Assembly: GCA_964348095.1 (NCBI GenBank)
Contig: CAYGBK010000129.1
Span: 11,404-75,403, forward strand
DNA: 64,000 nucleotides
Direction of reading: 5' to 3'
Source of the DNA: an uncultured Thermodesulfobacteriota bacterium
GTDB taxonomy: Bacteria > Desulfobacterota > BSN033 > WVXP01
Below, in pieces: positions 1-9,711 of the stretch (its first letter is position 1; each line of letters opens with the position of its first letter). The notes beneath the pieces were generated by a model, which saw only the letters and a list, made by a program, of their open reading frames with translations, was not told the origin of the DNA and made no database searches. Position numbers and translations under genes: made by a program.

Positions 1-710
1 TTCTCAACGAGTGTCTCCTTTTGAGCGATTCGCTCGTATTTACGGACGAGTTTCCAATTGTGCTCTTCCTCGACCGCCGGATCGAGGAGAAGGGAGCGAA
101 TGATACGACTGGGTCTCCCGTTGGCCCCTGTAAGCGTCCAGTCTTTGGTCGCCTGTTTTCTGGATTTCTTGGAATCGACAAACTCGACAGGCTCCATCAT
201 CTGTCCGAGCATCCCATCTCCGAGGATGAAAACAGGCGAGCGATAATCATCTGCCAGATCGAAAGCCTTCATGGTCAGGTCAGCCAGCTCCTGAACGGAA
301 CTTGGACCCAAAACAATATTCCGATAGTCGCCGTGTCCTCCACCCCTCGTCGCCTGGAAATAATCGGATTGAGAGGGGGCGATGTTACCGAGTCCAGGCC
401 CTCCCCGAGAGATATTGACGATAACAGCGGGAAGTTCCATGGCCGATAGGAAGGAGATGCTCTCCTGTTTGAGGCTAATGCCTGGGCCAGAGGAGGACGT
501 CATCGCTCTCATTCCTGCCATGCTCGCTCCCATGACCATGTTGATCGCTGCCAGTTCGCTCTCTGCTTGAATGAAGATCCCGTCATCGAGTTCCGAAAGT
601 CGGGTCGACATGTATTCTGTCAATTCGTTTTGGGGGGTAATTGGATAGCCAGCATAGAAAAGGCAGCTGGCGCGGATAGCTGCCTCACCGGCGACGTGGT
701 TTCCCCTCAT
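1..710 (-). CDS. 2-oxoacid:ferredoxin oxidoreductase alpha subunit (PorA/KorA/VorA family), N-terminal part; 3' end runs off the window
   Basis: Minus-strand translation from ATG at 710-708 gives MRGNHVAGEAAIRASCLFYAGYPITPQNELTEYMSTRLSELDDGIFIQAESELAAIN..., the typical KorA/PorA N-terminus. It starts 8 nt after the stop of the upstream delta-ferredoxin gene. It is absent from the ORF track because it is truncated at position 1. Confidence 0.8.
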   Translation of the reverse strand, partial: MRGNHVAGEAAIRASCLFYAGYPITPQNELTEYMSTRLSELDDGIFIQAESELAAINMVMGASMAGMRAMTSSSGPGISLKQESISFLSAMELPAVIVNISRGGPGLGNIAPSQSDYFQATRGGGHGDYRNIVLGPSSVQELADLTMKAFDLADDYRSPVFILGDGMLGQMMEPVEFVDSKKSRKQATKDWTLTGANGRPSRIIRSLLLDPAVEEEHNWKLVRKYERIAQKETLVE

Positions 711-717
711 CAATACC

Positions 718-996
718 CTACTCACGATATACCTCAATCGCAATCTCAGGACACGAAACGGCACACGCGCAACACCCGGTGCACTGCTTACTCTCTCGCT
801 TCATGCCCTTTTCTAGAAAGACGCTCGGATAGTATCCTGTCCTATTGAGTTTTGTGGAGGACTCGATCAGGCCTTTCGGGCATGCCTCAACACAGAGCAG
901 GCATCCTTTGCAGAGCTCTTCGTCGATTTCTATTATTCCGATTCTCCTGGCCACGCGTGCATCCTCCCCACCTGAAGTTCTAACCGGTGTAAGCAT
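718..996 (-). CDS. 2-oxoacid:ferredoxin oxidoreductase delta subunit (2x[4Fe-4S] ferredoxin)
   Basis: 92 aa with two CxxCxxCxxxCP motifs (CKGCLLCVEACP and CTGCCACAVSCP). Sits immediately upstream of the alpha-subunit gene. Confidence 0.75.
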   Translation of the reverse strand: MLTPVRTSGGEDARVARRIGIIEIDEELCKGCLLCVEACPKGLIESSTKLNRTGYYPSVFLEKGMKRESKQCTGCCACAVSCPEIAIEVYRE

Positions 997-1306
997 AGAA
1001 GATAAAACAAATCAGATAATTGTCAAGGTCATTTTTCTCTGGATTCCGTCAGATTCCAGTATCCTCCATGTGGGACGCTGGCCGAGAGGTCCTAGGTTTG
1101 TGTGTTTTAGGCGAGACCACCGGGAGCGGGAGGGTTTTGAGAGGAACTAGCCACTTACCTTTCCGCGTCTTAACCGATTCTTGGATTGATCAATACGCAT
1201 GCGACGACGGACATTGAACCTTTTGGGGGCTTGTCGACGGAGAACCTTGCCCTCCTTTACTATTTATTATATTGTATCTGGCAAACATCTCGCAAATAGG
1301 AGACTC

Positions 1307-2269
1307 ATGACGCCCTCTCTCACACAGCTAGATAAAGAGGAGAACAAGCTCATCATGATCGGTGGGAAGGGTGGAGTCGGCAAGACGACCTGTGCCGCCG
1401 CACTTGCCCTCCATTTTTCGGAGAGTGGAAGGAAGACCCTTGTTATCTCCAGTGATCCCACCCCTTCTTTGTCTGATATATTCGAAACATCGATTGGAGA
1501 TAAGGAGACCGCGATCCAGGGGATCGAGGGCCTCTTCGGCATTGAGATCAGTTCCGACGTCGTCCTGGAGATGTGGCGAGAGCGATTTGGCCCGGAAATC
1601 TATGAGGTCATCTCGTCGTTTGCCACCCTTGACTATGACTTTGTAGACTATATCGGCACCGCCCCTGGTATCGAAGAAGAATACATGTTGAACTATATTC
1701 TCGATCTCGTGGAGGGGGGACAGTATGACCTGGTGGTATGGGACACAGCACCTGCTGGCCATACATTGAGGCTCCTTCATCTACCTCACATTTTTCTGAA
1801 GCATCTGGAGGCTGCGACAAAGTTTTACCTCAATATCTACAGCTATTTTGAAAAGGTAAAAGACAGTGTAAGATTGCGAAAAGGGAAGCGATCCCTGCTG
1901 GAGATCATCAGCAACTGGGAAAACCTCGCTGAAAAAATCGTCCGGTTTATCAGGGATCAAACAAGAACGTCCTTCGTGCTCGTTACGATACCCGAGGCTC
2001 TGGGGGTCAGGCAGACCGAACGCATCATCAAGGATTTTGATGATTATCAGTTGAGAGTTAGATATCTCATCATCAACCATGTCATTGAGAATGTCGATTG
2101 TTCCTTTCATGAGATTAAACAGAAGATGCAGCAAATGTATCTCAGAACCCTCCAAGAAAGTTACGGTGATCGCATAGAGATAGTGCATGTGGCCGAGTCG
2201 CCCCAAGAGGTTAAGGGAATCGACAGAATCAGGGAAGTCTCTGAGACTCTTTTTCCGTCCAGGAGGTAA
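1307..2269 (+). CDS. ArsA/GET3-family anion-transporting ATPase
   Basis: P-loop IGGKGGVGKTT and the DTAPAGHTLRLL signature. RBS AGGAGACT precedes ATG at 1307. The longer ORF from 1199 has no RBS. Confidence 0.85.
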   Translation: MTPSLTQLDKEENKLIMIGGKGGVGKTTCAAALALHFSESGRKTLVISSDPTPSLSDIFETSIGDKETAIQGIEGLFGIEISSDVVLEMWRERFGPEIYEVISSFATLDYDFVDYIGTAPGIEEEYMLNYILDLVEGGQYDLVVWDTAPAGHTLRLLHLPHIFLKHLEAATKFYLNIYSYFEKVKDSVRLRKGKRSLLEIISNWENLAEKIVRFIRDQTRTSFVLVTIPEALGVRQTERIIKDFDDYQLRVRYLIINHVIENVDCSFHEIKQKMQQMYLRTLQESYGDRIEIVHVAESPQEVKGIDRIREVSETLFPSRR

Positions 2270-2272
2270 GAA

Positions 2273-3466
2273 ATGGATCTATCAAAAAGGGCCCGTCAAC
2301 TCAGCCCATCCCCTACCCTAGCGGTCACAGCCAAGGCTGCCGCGATGCGAGCCCAGGGCCTCGATGTTATCAGCTTCGGCGCGGGAGAACCGGATTTTGA
2401 CACGCCGGATCACATCAAAAAGGCCGCTATCGACGCAATAGACAGTGGTTTCACAAAGTATACCCCCGTGGGAGGTATTGACGAGCTCAAAGACGCCATT
2501 ATCGAGAAATTCAAGAGAGATAATGGGTTGCAGTACGACAGATCACAGATTATTGTCTCGTGCGGTGGAAAACACGCTATTTACAACCTGGCTCAGGCGC
2601 TTTTCGATCGTGGTGATGAAGTCATTATTTCTGCCCCGTACTGGGTTTCCTATCCTCCGATTGTAGAAATGGCCGGTGCGACTCCGGTGATCGTGAACAC
2701 CTCAGAAGCTGATGGTTTCAAGATTTCACCGGAACAGCTCGCAGAAGCGGTCACGTCGAGAACGAAAGCTTTTATTCTCAATAGTCCCTGTAATCCGACC
2801 GGGGCGGCGTATGAGAGGAGAGAACTCGAAGCCCTCGGCGAGATTGCTCTCGAAAAAGGGATCTACGTCATTTCTGACGAAATCTACGAGAAGATCGTTT
2901 TTGATAACTTTGGATTTATGAGTATTGCCTCTGTCAACAAGGCACTCTTAGAACGGACGATCATCGTCCATGGTGTCTCCAAGACATACTCCATGACCGG
3001 ATGGCGGATTGGCTATACTGCTGGACCGGCTGAATTGATTAAGGCCATGACAAGCATCCAGGGTCAGAGCACATCAAATCCAACCTCTATTGCCCAGAAG
3101 GCGGCCGTTAGCGCTTTGTCTGGACCCCAGGAGCCCGTAGACGAGATGGTGCAGATTTTTCAGCAACGTCGCGATCTCATTGTCCAGCGGTTGAATGCTA
3201 TAGATGGGGTTTCCTGCTTTAATCCTCAGGGAGCCTTCTACGTGTTTCCAAATTTCTCCTCCTGGCTCGGTCGAACCGACGACACTCAGAGATTCTCCAA
3301 TTCCATAGAACTCGCGGACTACCTCCTCACCAACGCTCAGGTGGCTTTAGTCCCCGGAGTGAGTTTTGGAGCAGAGGGCTATGAAAGGCTCTCATTTGCC
3401 ACCTCAACGGAAAACATCGAGAACGGCTTAGACCGAATCGAAGAAACCCTGTCCAATCTCGGGTAG
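2273..3466 (+). CDS. aspartate/aromatic aminotransferase (class I PLP-dependent)
   Basis: 397 aa. Contains the SKTYSMTGWRIGY PLP-lysine region, GAGEPDF, NSPCNPTG and PGVSFG motifs. Starts 4 nt after the ArsA stop. Confidence 0.85.
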   Translation: MDLSKRARQLSPSPTLAVTAKAAAMRAQGLDVISFGAGEPDFDTPDHIKKAAIDAIDSGFTKYTPVGGIDELKDAIIEKFKRDNGLQYDRSQIIVSCGGKHAIYNLAQALFDRGDEVIISAPYWVSYPPIVEMAGATPVIVNTSEADGFKISPEQLAEAVTSRTKAFILNSPCNPTGAAYERRELEALGEIALEKGIYVISDEIYEKIVFDNFGFMSIASVNKALLERTIIVHGVSKTYSMTGWRIGYTAGPAELIKAMTSIQGQSTSNPTSIAQKAAVSALSGPQEPVDEMVQIFQQRRDLIVQRLNAIDGVSCFNPQGAFYVFPNFSSWLGRTDDTQRFSNSIELADYLLTNAQVALVPGVSFGAEGYERLSFATSTENIENGLDRIEETLSNLG

Positions 3467-3492
3467 CACTCAGCCGATCGGTGATTTAAGAA

Positions 3493-4185
3493 ATGGATGA
3501 GGCAAGACTCTGTTCCCTGTGCCAAAAGGAGTTAGAGGACGACATAGCCTTCTGCGAATCCTGCGGGAATTTCTTTTGCTCTGGTTGTTTAGCGGAAGTT
3601 TCCCAGAGAGAGTACGATTCGGCCTATGTCATAGGGACCTGCAAGGGATGCCGCAGATTGGAGGACGTGAAATCACAAATGATTCTCTGTCCCCGATGTG
3701 GCACGGCCGTCAAGGAGTATCGTTCTCCTTTGACAACCGTCGACATTGTCATACGGTGCCGAAAACCGAATACGGGAATCGTCCTTATCGTGAGAAACAG
3801 AGAGCCGCGGATGTGGGCTCTTCCAGGAGGATTTTGCGATTATGGAGAAAAACTCGAGGATGCAGCTATTCGTGAGGCAGAAGAAGAGACCGGTCTCGCC
3901 ATCCAATTGATTGAGCAGTTCCACACCTACTCTGATCCTCGCCGAGATCTCCGTCACCATTCCATAACGACGGTATTCATCGCGGAGGCGGAAGATAAGC
4001 CAAAAGCCGGAGACGATGCGGAAGAGGCCAGGGTTTTTCGAGAGCAGGACATTCCCGAGATGCTCGCCTTTGACCACAAAAGAATTCTTGACGATTACTT
4101 CCGCTATGAAAAGACCGGTTCAAAACCACGGCCGGCCTCCATCAGACTGCCCAAGCGGTTCGACAGATCGAAAAATCCTACTTAA
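3493..4185 (+). CDS. NUDIX hydrolase with an N-terminal multi-CxxC zinc-ribbon domain (NudC-like architecture)
   Basis: NUDIX box GGFCDYGEKLEDAAIREAEEETGL. Five CxxC pairs lie in the first 70 aa. Confidence 0.75.
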   Translation: MDEARLCSLCQKELEDDIAFCESCGNFFCSGCLAEVSQREYDSAYVIGTCKGCRRLEDVKSQMILCPRCGTAVKEYRSPLTTVDIVIRCRKPNTGIVLIVRNREPRMWALPGGFCDYGEKLEDAAIREAEEETGLAIQLIEQFHTYSDPRRDLRHHSITTVFIAEAEDKPKAGDDAEEARVFREQDIPEMLAFDHKRILDDYFRYEKTGSKPRPASIRLPKRFDRSKNPT

Positions 4186-5434
4186 TCGATCGGAGTCTTT
4201 CCAGCAGATACTTCCTCAGCATGTCCAGAGCCATGATCGTGGCCCTCTCGGCTATGGCGTCTCGAGGTCCGCCTATTTCCCACGATTTAAACCGCTCTGT
4301 CTCGGTCTCAGCGATGGCGACGGTCAGCGTGCCTCTCATGTCCCCATGTGATGGTCTAAAATCTCCTGTAATTCCCATACCCACGTTCGCGTGGTCAACG
4401 ATCTTTCTGGCGAGTGCGGTAGAGTGGTATACTCGATCCTCAACCAATGACGAAAAGGCCTGGTCTGTCAGGTTCAAAAATGACTGTTGGGCGCTTTTTG
4501 ACGGGAGAACGAATCCTTGCATGAATCGGTCCGTTCCCGTCTTGACAACCCTTTGACATATGAGCCCTCCCGTCACCGCATCAGCCACGCTGAGCCTCAC
4601 GTTGAGGCGGATGAGGTACTCTGCGACTTTCTGCTCCAGGGTCTCGTTGTCTACGCCGTAGATGAGGATGCCCAAACGATTCCGGATCTCCCTTTCAATC
4701 GGATCAATCATGTTGAGTGCTTCTTTTCGACTTCTTCCGTGGGAGACGATGGATATTTTGACGTCTCCCGGAGATGCGAGGAGACCGATGCTGGGATTCT
4801 GGTTGAGGCGAATCAGGTCTCCGACCTGTCTGTCAACGCCGCTTTCACCGAGACCACAGACGCGGAGAACCCGGGTCAGAATTACCTGCCTCCCTAGCCT
4901 GTACTTTTTCTTCAGATAAGGAAGGACGGTGCGGCCGAGAAGGTGCTCTAACTCTCGCGGCACGCCAGGAAGGGAAATGACGACCCCCCTTCGATCTTCC
5001 ACGATAAAGCCAGGAGCGGTCCCCATGGGATTTCTGATAGGCAAAGCCCCCTGGGGAATGTAGGCCTGTTTTCGATTATTCGGTGACATCTGAAAACCCC
5101 TCGTTTTGAAGATCGCCTCTATCTGCTTCATAAGTTCGGGGTGGAATATCAGCCGCTGTCCAGTTGCCTTTGCGACGGCATCACGGGTGAGATCGTCCTC
5201 TGTCGGTCCCAATCCACCGGTCGTAATCACAATGTCAGAACGATCAAGTCCGAATCTCAGCGCGTCGATTATCGGACCCAAATCATCTCCAACAGCGGTA
5301 ATATGGGACAAGGTGATTCCTACACCGGCAAGTTCTCTACCCAGATATGACGAATTCGTATCCACAATTCGGCCGAGAAGCAATTCAGATCCAATTGCAA
5401 TTACCTCCCCTTGGAGTCCTGTGTCTGTCCCCAT
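4178..5434 (-). CDS. cinA: CinA-family competence/damage-inducible protein (MoCF-like N-domain plus nicotinamide-nucleotide amidohydrolase C-domain)
   Basis: 418 aa. N-terminal motifs VITTGGLGPTEDDLT. C-terminal CinA domain (GMGITGD...). Its 3' end overlaps the convergent NUDIX gene by 8 nt. Confidence 0.85.
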   Translation of the reverse strand: MGTDTGLQGEVIAIGSELLLGRIVDTNSSYLGRELAGVGITLSHITAVGDDLGPIIDALRFGLDRSDIVITTGGLGPTEDDLTRDAVAKATGQRLIFHPELMKQIEAIFKTRGFQMSPNNRKQAYIPQGALPIRNPMGTAPGFIVEDRRGVVISLPGVPRELEHLLGRTVLPYLKKKYRLGRQVILTRVLRVCGLGESGVDRQVGDLIRLNQNPSIGLLASPGDVKISIVSHGRSRKEALNMIDPIEREIRNRLGILIYGVDNETLEQKVAEYLIRLNVRLSVADAVTGGLICQRVVKTGTDRFMQGFVLPSKSAQQSFLNLTDQAFSSLVEDRVYHSTALARKIVDHANVGMGITGDFRPSHGDMRGTLTVAIAETETERFKSWEIGGPRDAIAERATIMALDMLRKYLLERLRSIK

Positions 5435-5444
5435 TCTTGCCGTC

Positions 5445-6575
5445 CTAAAGTCTCACGGTTTCGGATCTCTTGGAATACTTCTCCAAAGACTCCTCCCGCA
5501 CATTCACACCAAGTCCTTTTCCGGCAAGGGGAGGAGCATGGCCAGCCTGCCCAAAACGGATATCTTCCTCCACAATATCCTCTTGAAGAACCCACGTTCC
5601 GAACGATCCCTCGAGATAGAGGAGGCCATCAGACCACCCGGCGACGTGGCGTCCAGCCGCTGAGAGTATTCCAGTCTCTCCAACCTGGCAACCTATTTGA
5701 CACCTCAGGCCTTGTGTTTTTGCCATATCCAGAATGGCCAATGACCCGGAAAAACCGCCACATTTAGAAAGCCGAACATTGAAGGCGTGACAGGCCTTCA
5801 TGTCCAACAATCTTCTCGCATCGTCGAAAGAGCATACCGATTCATCAGCAATGATGGGAATCACCGACTGGGAGGCGACCTTCTTAAGTCCTTGCAGATT
5901 CCGTTTTGCTACGGGTTGCTCCACGGCTCGAACGCCGTACGTTCCCAGTCGCTCAATGTTCTTCAACGCATTCTGCTCTGTCCACGCTCCATTGACGTCT
6001 ACTCGCAGATCAACATCAGGCCCAAGGATCGACAGGGTCTTTTCGAACACCGTCGGGTCGATGCGGGCACCAACCTTAAGTTTGATGTTCCTCATGTCAT
6101 TCTGTTTCAGTCGGGACAGAAAATGCTCAAGCCGGCTTGGAGGGAGTAATGGAACAACTGCACTGTATGGCGGAGGCTGGCGCCATCGGGCTCGATATAC
6201 ACTCTCAAGGGAACAATCCCACCATTTGCAGGCGAGGTCTAATAAGGCGAGTTCGACGGCACAGAAGGCAGATAGATTGTTCTGACACCGAAGACTCTTG
6301 TTAGAATCAAAGAGGTGAACCCTCACCTCCTCGATGGACGCGAAGTCTCTACCGGCGAGCGGGGGGATCAGCGTTCCTTTTATGAAATCAATGGCGGATC
6401 GGGCTGTTTCCCCCGTAACGTAGCTTCTGGGAACACCCTCGCCGTAACCGTCTAGACCATTAGAGCGAAGCCTGACAACGATATTGTCTGTGTAAGTTCG
6501 GGAAATGATATGATGGTTGAGAGGTTGGGATAAGGGGAGACTTAATAGAAAAACCTCGGCCAGTTCGATCTTCAA
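5445..6575 (-). CDS. enolase-superfamily enzyme (mandelate racemase/muconate lactonizing enzyme family; dipeptide epimerase or OSBS-like)
   Basis: 376 aa. Capping-domain start MKIELAEVFLLSLPL. KLKVG (KxK) motif and the metal-ligand region DVNGAWT...ADES. Confidence 0.7.
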   Translation of the reverse strand: MKIELAEVFLLSLPLSQPLNHHIISRTYTDNIVVRLRSNGLDGYGEGVPRSYVTGETARSAIDFIKGTLIPPLAGRDFASIEEVRVHLFDSNKSLRCQNNLSAFCAVELALLDLACKWWDCSLESVYRARWRQPPPYSAVVPLLPPSRLEHFLSRLKQNDMRNIKLKVGARIDPTVFEKTLSILGPDVDLRVDVNGAWTEQNALKNIERLGTYGVRAVEQPVAKRNLQGLKKVASQSVIPIIADESVCSFDDARRLLDMKACHAFNVRLSKCGGFSGSLAILDMAKTQGLRCQIGCQVGETGILSAAGRHVAGWSDGLLYLEGSFGTWVLQEDIVEEDIRFGQAGHAPPLAGKGLGVNVREESLEKYSKRSETVRL

Positions 6576-7485
6576 CAGCGATGTCCTCTCGCTCGGGTGC
6601 TTTCATCATGTGGAAGCTCTTCCAAATGTACCATTGGTCAGGATAGGTGTAAACAAGCTTTTCGAGTTTCCTTAGAATGGTCTCCGTCAAGTTGCGGGGA
6701 CCGGTCCCGTCGGATCCGCAGACATCATCTATCTGAGCCGTATAATGCCCCTTCCCTTCCCTTCTGACATAACCAAACACAACGGGAGATCCTGACCTCT
6801 TTTGGAGGATCGGCAACGTCCGATCCACACGAAATGAGGCCCCGAAGAGCGGTATCGATTCTGCTGCATCGGTCTTCCAACATTCTACTTCATCACATTG
6901 GGTAATCAGAATGCGGCCCTCTTTAAGGGCCGAGAGGGCCAGAACGAAACTGCTCTTTCGATTGGCGTCGATGATTCTGGCTCCCACACGTGATGCCTTT
7001 TCCTCACATCGCTTTTTGAGCCGTTGAGTCTTGAACTTTGCGACGATGGCAATCTGATAACCGAGGAGAGTCAAGAAACCAGGCATGAATTCGAGAGCTC
7101 CAAAATGCGGGCTAACCAGGATCAATCCCTTTTTTTCCGTAAGCCGCTGGTCCAACAATCTTCTTCCAGAGATACGGATCCTTTCCAGAAAATAGGTTTT
7201 CCATTGGCCGTCACAACAGCAGGCAAGAAAGAGTTTCTCGAAGTAATGATAAAAGATTCCCCTTAAGGTTGACCGGAAAAGACGGTCAATTTCTTTTCGG
7301 GACCAGTTTTTCCCAAAGACCTCATCGATGTTTTTTCTTATGGTTTCTCTGGTTTTTCGGTTTGTCAGGAAGTACAGTGTGGTTAAAAGCCGCAGGAAAT
7401 GGAAAGAAATCTTCCAGGGTGCAAGCTTGACAAAAATCAGGAAGAAGTTGCACTGCAGGAATCTACTGAGATTGCCCCCCTTCAC
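6460..7485 (-). CDS. lysophospholipid/lipid A biosynthesis acyltransferase (LpxL/HtrB-like LPLAT family)
   Basis: 341 aa. N-terminal TM segment, HFGALEF (HX4[DE]-like) region and overall LPLAT fold pattern. The 3' end overlaps the next gene by 116 nt. Confidence 0.6.
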   Translation of the reverse strand: MKGGNLSRFLQCNFFLIFVKLAPWKISFHFLRLLTTLYFLTNRKTRETIRKNIDEVFGKNWSRKEIDRLFRSTLRGIFYHYFEKLFLACCCDGQWKTYFLERIRISGRRLLDQRLTEKKGLILVSPHFGALEFMPGFLTLLGYQIAIVAKFKTQRLKKRCEEKASRVGARIIDANRKSSFVLALSALKEGRILITQCDEVECWKTDAAESIPLFGASFRVDRTLPILQKRSGSPVVFGYVRREGKGHYTAQIDDVCGSDGTGPRNLTETILRKLEKLVYTYPDQWYIWKSFHMMKAPEREDIAVEDRTGRGFSIKSPLIPTSQPSYHFPNLHRQYRCQASL

Positions 7486-7799
7486 CCCCCTTGACCTCCG
7501 ACAAAGAAACGAAAATGAGAACAGATTCCAAAATAGATCCTTTCACCAGTTGTTCACCCCTCACAAAAACAGTTCGCCAATCCCTGATCAAAGCGTCTAG
7601 AACCCGAGGACCGCTCTATCAAAGACCAGACAAGACGTAAAACAGTATTTTATCAAACATGCCAAGTCAAGAAAAAAATCCCCTTTTTGAGGAAAAAATG
7701 ACTACACTGCAGGATGAAGTAGCAATAAGTGTACCGAAAGCCAATCCTTTGTTATATTATTGATATTGAATGAGTTTTTGAATCTACCCGGAAAAACCT

Positions 7800-7814
7800 C
7801 TATCAAATTGATAG
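7800..7814. promoter_or_regulatory. perfect palindrome CTATCAA-A-TTGATAG (core TATCA-N3-TGATA), candidate transcription-factor operator
   Basis: Read directly from the sequence. A second near-identical copy lies at 7834-7849 and a third at 9712-9726. Confidence 0.35.
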
Positions 7815-7833
7815 TGACAGGCTGGCCATTAGT

Positions 7834-7849
7834 CTATCATTTTGATAAG
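7834..7849. promoter_or_regulatory. second palindrome copy CTATCATTTTGATAAG (core TATCA-N3-TGATA)
   Basis: Read directly from the sequence. Lies 35 bp from the copy at 7800. Confidence 0.3.
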
Positions 7850-8299
7850 AACGGACGCCACGTCGATTCTGTGACGTACCGGAAAAGATAGGTCGATCCA
7901 CGGTCACCTCTTCCCCTATGTCGCATGGCGCACGCCGGAATTATCATGTCAAGTTTCCGAGAGAAATTTGCTTGAGATTTCATAACGAGTTGAGGGTGTT
8001 GTGAGTTTCCGATTCCGACCGTCTCCATGCCCCTTTTCGCTTATTCCACAGTCCTTTTGATGAATCTAAGACTGGCTCCGGGCATCGAACCCTGAGGAGC
8101 CACTTTGTGTCAAAACTCCCCCGCTCCTAGCGGGACTCGCCCGTGGTTTGTGGGCAAGAAACATTTCCATGAACGATTAAAAGGCCGTGGGCAATAATCC
8201 GTCAGGGTTAAGGACAAAACTGAGGAAACTCAAGAACATTATGGAACGACATCAGAATCCTGCGGAAGGTCAGCCGGCTTGTATCCGTTTGACACATGA

Positions 8300-9685
8300 T
8301 TAGCTACGGATTTGATATTTTCTCAGCTTTCGATAGAGCGTTGCTTCTCCGATTCCAAGCATCTGTGCAGCCCGCTTACGGTTGGAACCGGCTTTCGTGA
8401 GCGCATTTTGAATCGCCACCTTTTCGTAGGCAGCCAAGGTGCCATCAGAGGGCTGGACAAAACTCTGGGACGCCTCTGGGGAGGAGATTTGGAGTTTCGG
8501 CGGCAGATCTTCGGGAAGAATGGTGTCTTCCTTGCCGAGTGCAACAGCGCGCCTCATGACGTTTTCCAGTTCCCGTATGTTTCCAGGCCAGTCGTATTCT
8601 TCCAAACAGAAGAGAGCCTCCGGGGAGGCATCTCTCACGGGGGAGTAATCGGTGGCAAAGCGTTTCAAAAAATACGTGACGAGCAGAGCAATGTCCTCTT
8701 TCCTATCCCTGAGGGGTGGGACATTTATTGTCAGCACGTTCAACCTGTAGAAGAGATCTTCACGAAACCGTCCCCGGTCAACTTCCTCGGCAAGGTCTCG
8801 ATTCGTTGCGGCAAAAATCCTGACGTCGACTTGATGGCTTCTGCTGCTCCCAACGGGTCGAACCTCCTTCTCTTGAATGGTTCTGAGAAGCTTAACCTGA
8901 ACAGCTTGAGAGATCTCGCTGACCTCATCGAGAAACAGAGTGCCCTCATCGGCTGACCGAATCAGCCCTAATGTGGAGGTATGGGCGCCGGTGAAGGCTC
9001 CTTTCACATGTCCAAAAAGCTCACTTTCCATCACCGTCTCACTGATAGCAGCACAGTCAACCGGAACGAATCTGCTGTCGCGTCGAGGGCTGTGATGATG
9101 AATAGCGCGAGCCACCAACTGCTTACCGGTTCCAGTTTCACCCTGAATCAATATAGTAGCATCCGTCGGCCCAACTTGAGTGATCATCTGTTTCAGTTTC
9201 AGAATACCCGTCGAGTTTCCCACCAAGTGGTCGAATCCAAATTGAAAATTCATCTTCGCCTGTAGTTTCCGATTCTCCTCATTCAATTCCCATATTTGAT
9301 ACAGTTGAGCGACCCGAGCCCGAAGTGCCTCAGCGGAGAAAGGTTTTTCCAAGAAATCGACGGCGCCCAGCTTCATAGCTCTCACGGCCTCTTTCACGCC
9401 CCCATGACCGGTAAGCATGATGACGCTTATCCCAGGGTGGAGTTTTCGCACCTCTTTCAAAAGGGTAAGACCGTCCATGCCAGGCATCTTAAAGTCGATA
9501 AGAGCAGCGTCGAACCGTGTTTTTGTTATGAGGGAGACCGCATCCTCTCCGGTGAGGGCTGTCTGAATGTGATAACCATCGTCGGAGAAAATCCTCTGGA
9601 GGAAAGAAAGGACGATAGGCTCATCATCAACCAAAAGAAGGGAGAATCCCGTTGGGTTAGCTTTCATAGGACCGTATAATGCCAC
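8300..9685 (-). CDS. sigma-54-dependent Fis-family response regulator (NtrC-type enhancer-binding protein)
   Basis: Receiver domain (LLVDDEPIV...DFKMPGMDG). AAA+ sigma-54 activation domain (GETGTGKQLVARAIH, GAFTGA, ESELFGH). C-terminal Fis-type HTH. Confidence 0.9.
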   Translation of the reverse strand: MALYGPMKANPTGFSLLLVDDEPIVLSFLQRIFSDDGYHIQTALTGEDAVSLITKTRFDAALIDFKMPGMDGLTLLKEVRKLHPGISVIMLTGHGGVKEAVRAMKLGAVDFLEKPFSAEALRARVAQLYQIWELNEENRKLQAKMNFQFGFDHLVGNSTGILKLKQMITQVGPTDATILIQGETGTGKQLVARAIHHHSPRRDSRFVPVDCAAISETVMESELFGHVKGAFTGAHTSTLGLIRSADEGTLFLDEVSEISQAVQVKLLRTIQEKEVRPVGSSRSHQVDVRIFAATNRDLAEEVDRGRFREDLFYRLNVLTINVPPLRDRKEDIALLVTYFLKRFATDYSPVRDASPEALFCLEEYDWPGNIRELENVMRRAVALGKEDTILPEDLPPKLQISSPEASQSFVQPSDGTLAAYEKVAIQNALTKAGSNRKRAAQMLGIGEATLYRKLRKYQIRS

Positions 9686-9711
9686 AAGGCCGAGCGCTTT
9701 TCAACAAAAAA

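Noticed and set aside
845-1217. ORFs 845-1150 and 1020-1217 in the divergent promoter region between the oxidoreductase operon and the ArsA-family gene
   Set aside because: No RBS and no domain. The first overlaps the ferredoxin gene on the other strand and the second lies in the leader region.
8058-8106. tRNA-like minihelix on the minus strand (7-bp stem TGGCTCC/GGAGCCA enclosing GGG-TTCGATG-CCC, a T-loop-like hairpin)
   Set aside because: There are no D-arm or anticodon-arm equivalents, no CCA, and the T-stem is only 3 bp. A plain hairpin/terminator downstream of the sigma-54 regulator gene, or a chance match, explains it more simply.
8312-8956. Long antisense ORFs inside large genes (for example 8312-8956 within the EBP gene, 46703-47227 within ccoI, 33326-33964 within sfsA, 5106-5663 within cinA)
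   Set aside because: These are frame shadows typical of GC-rich coding DNA. They have no RBS, no domains, and lie entirely within well-supported genes on the opposite strand.
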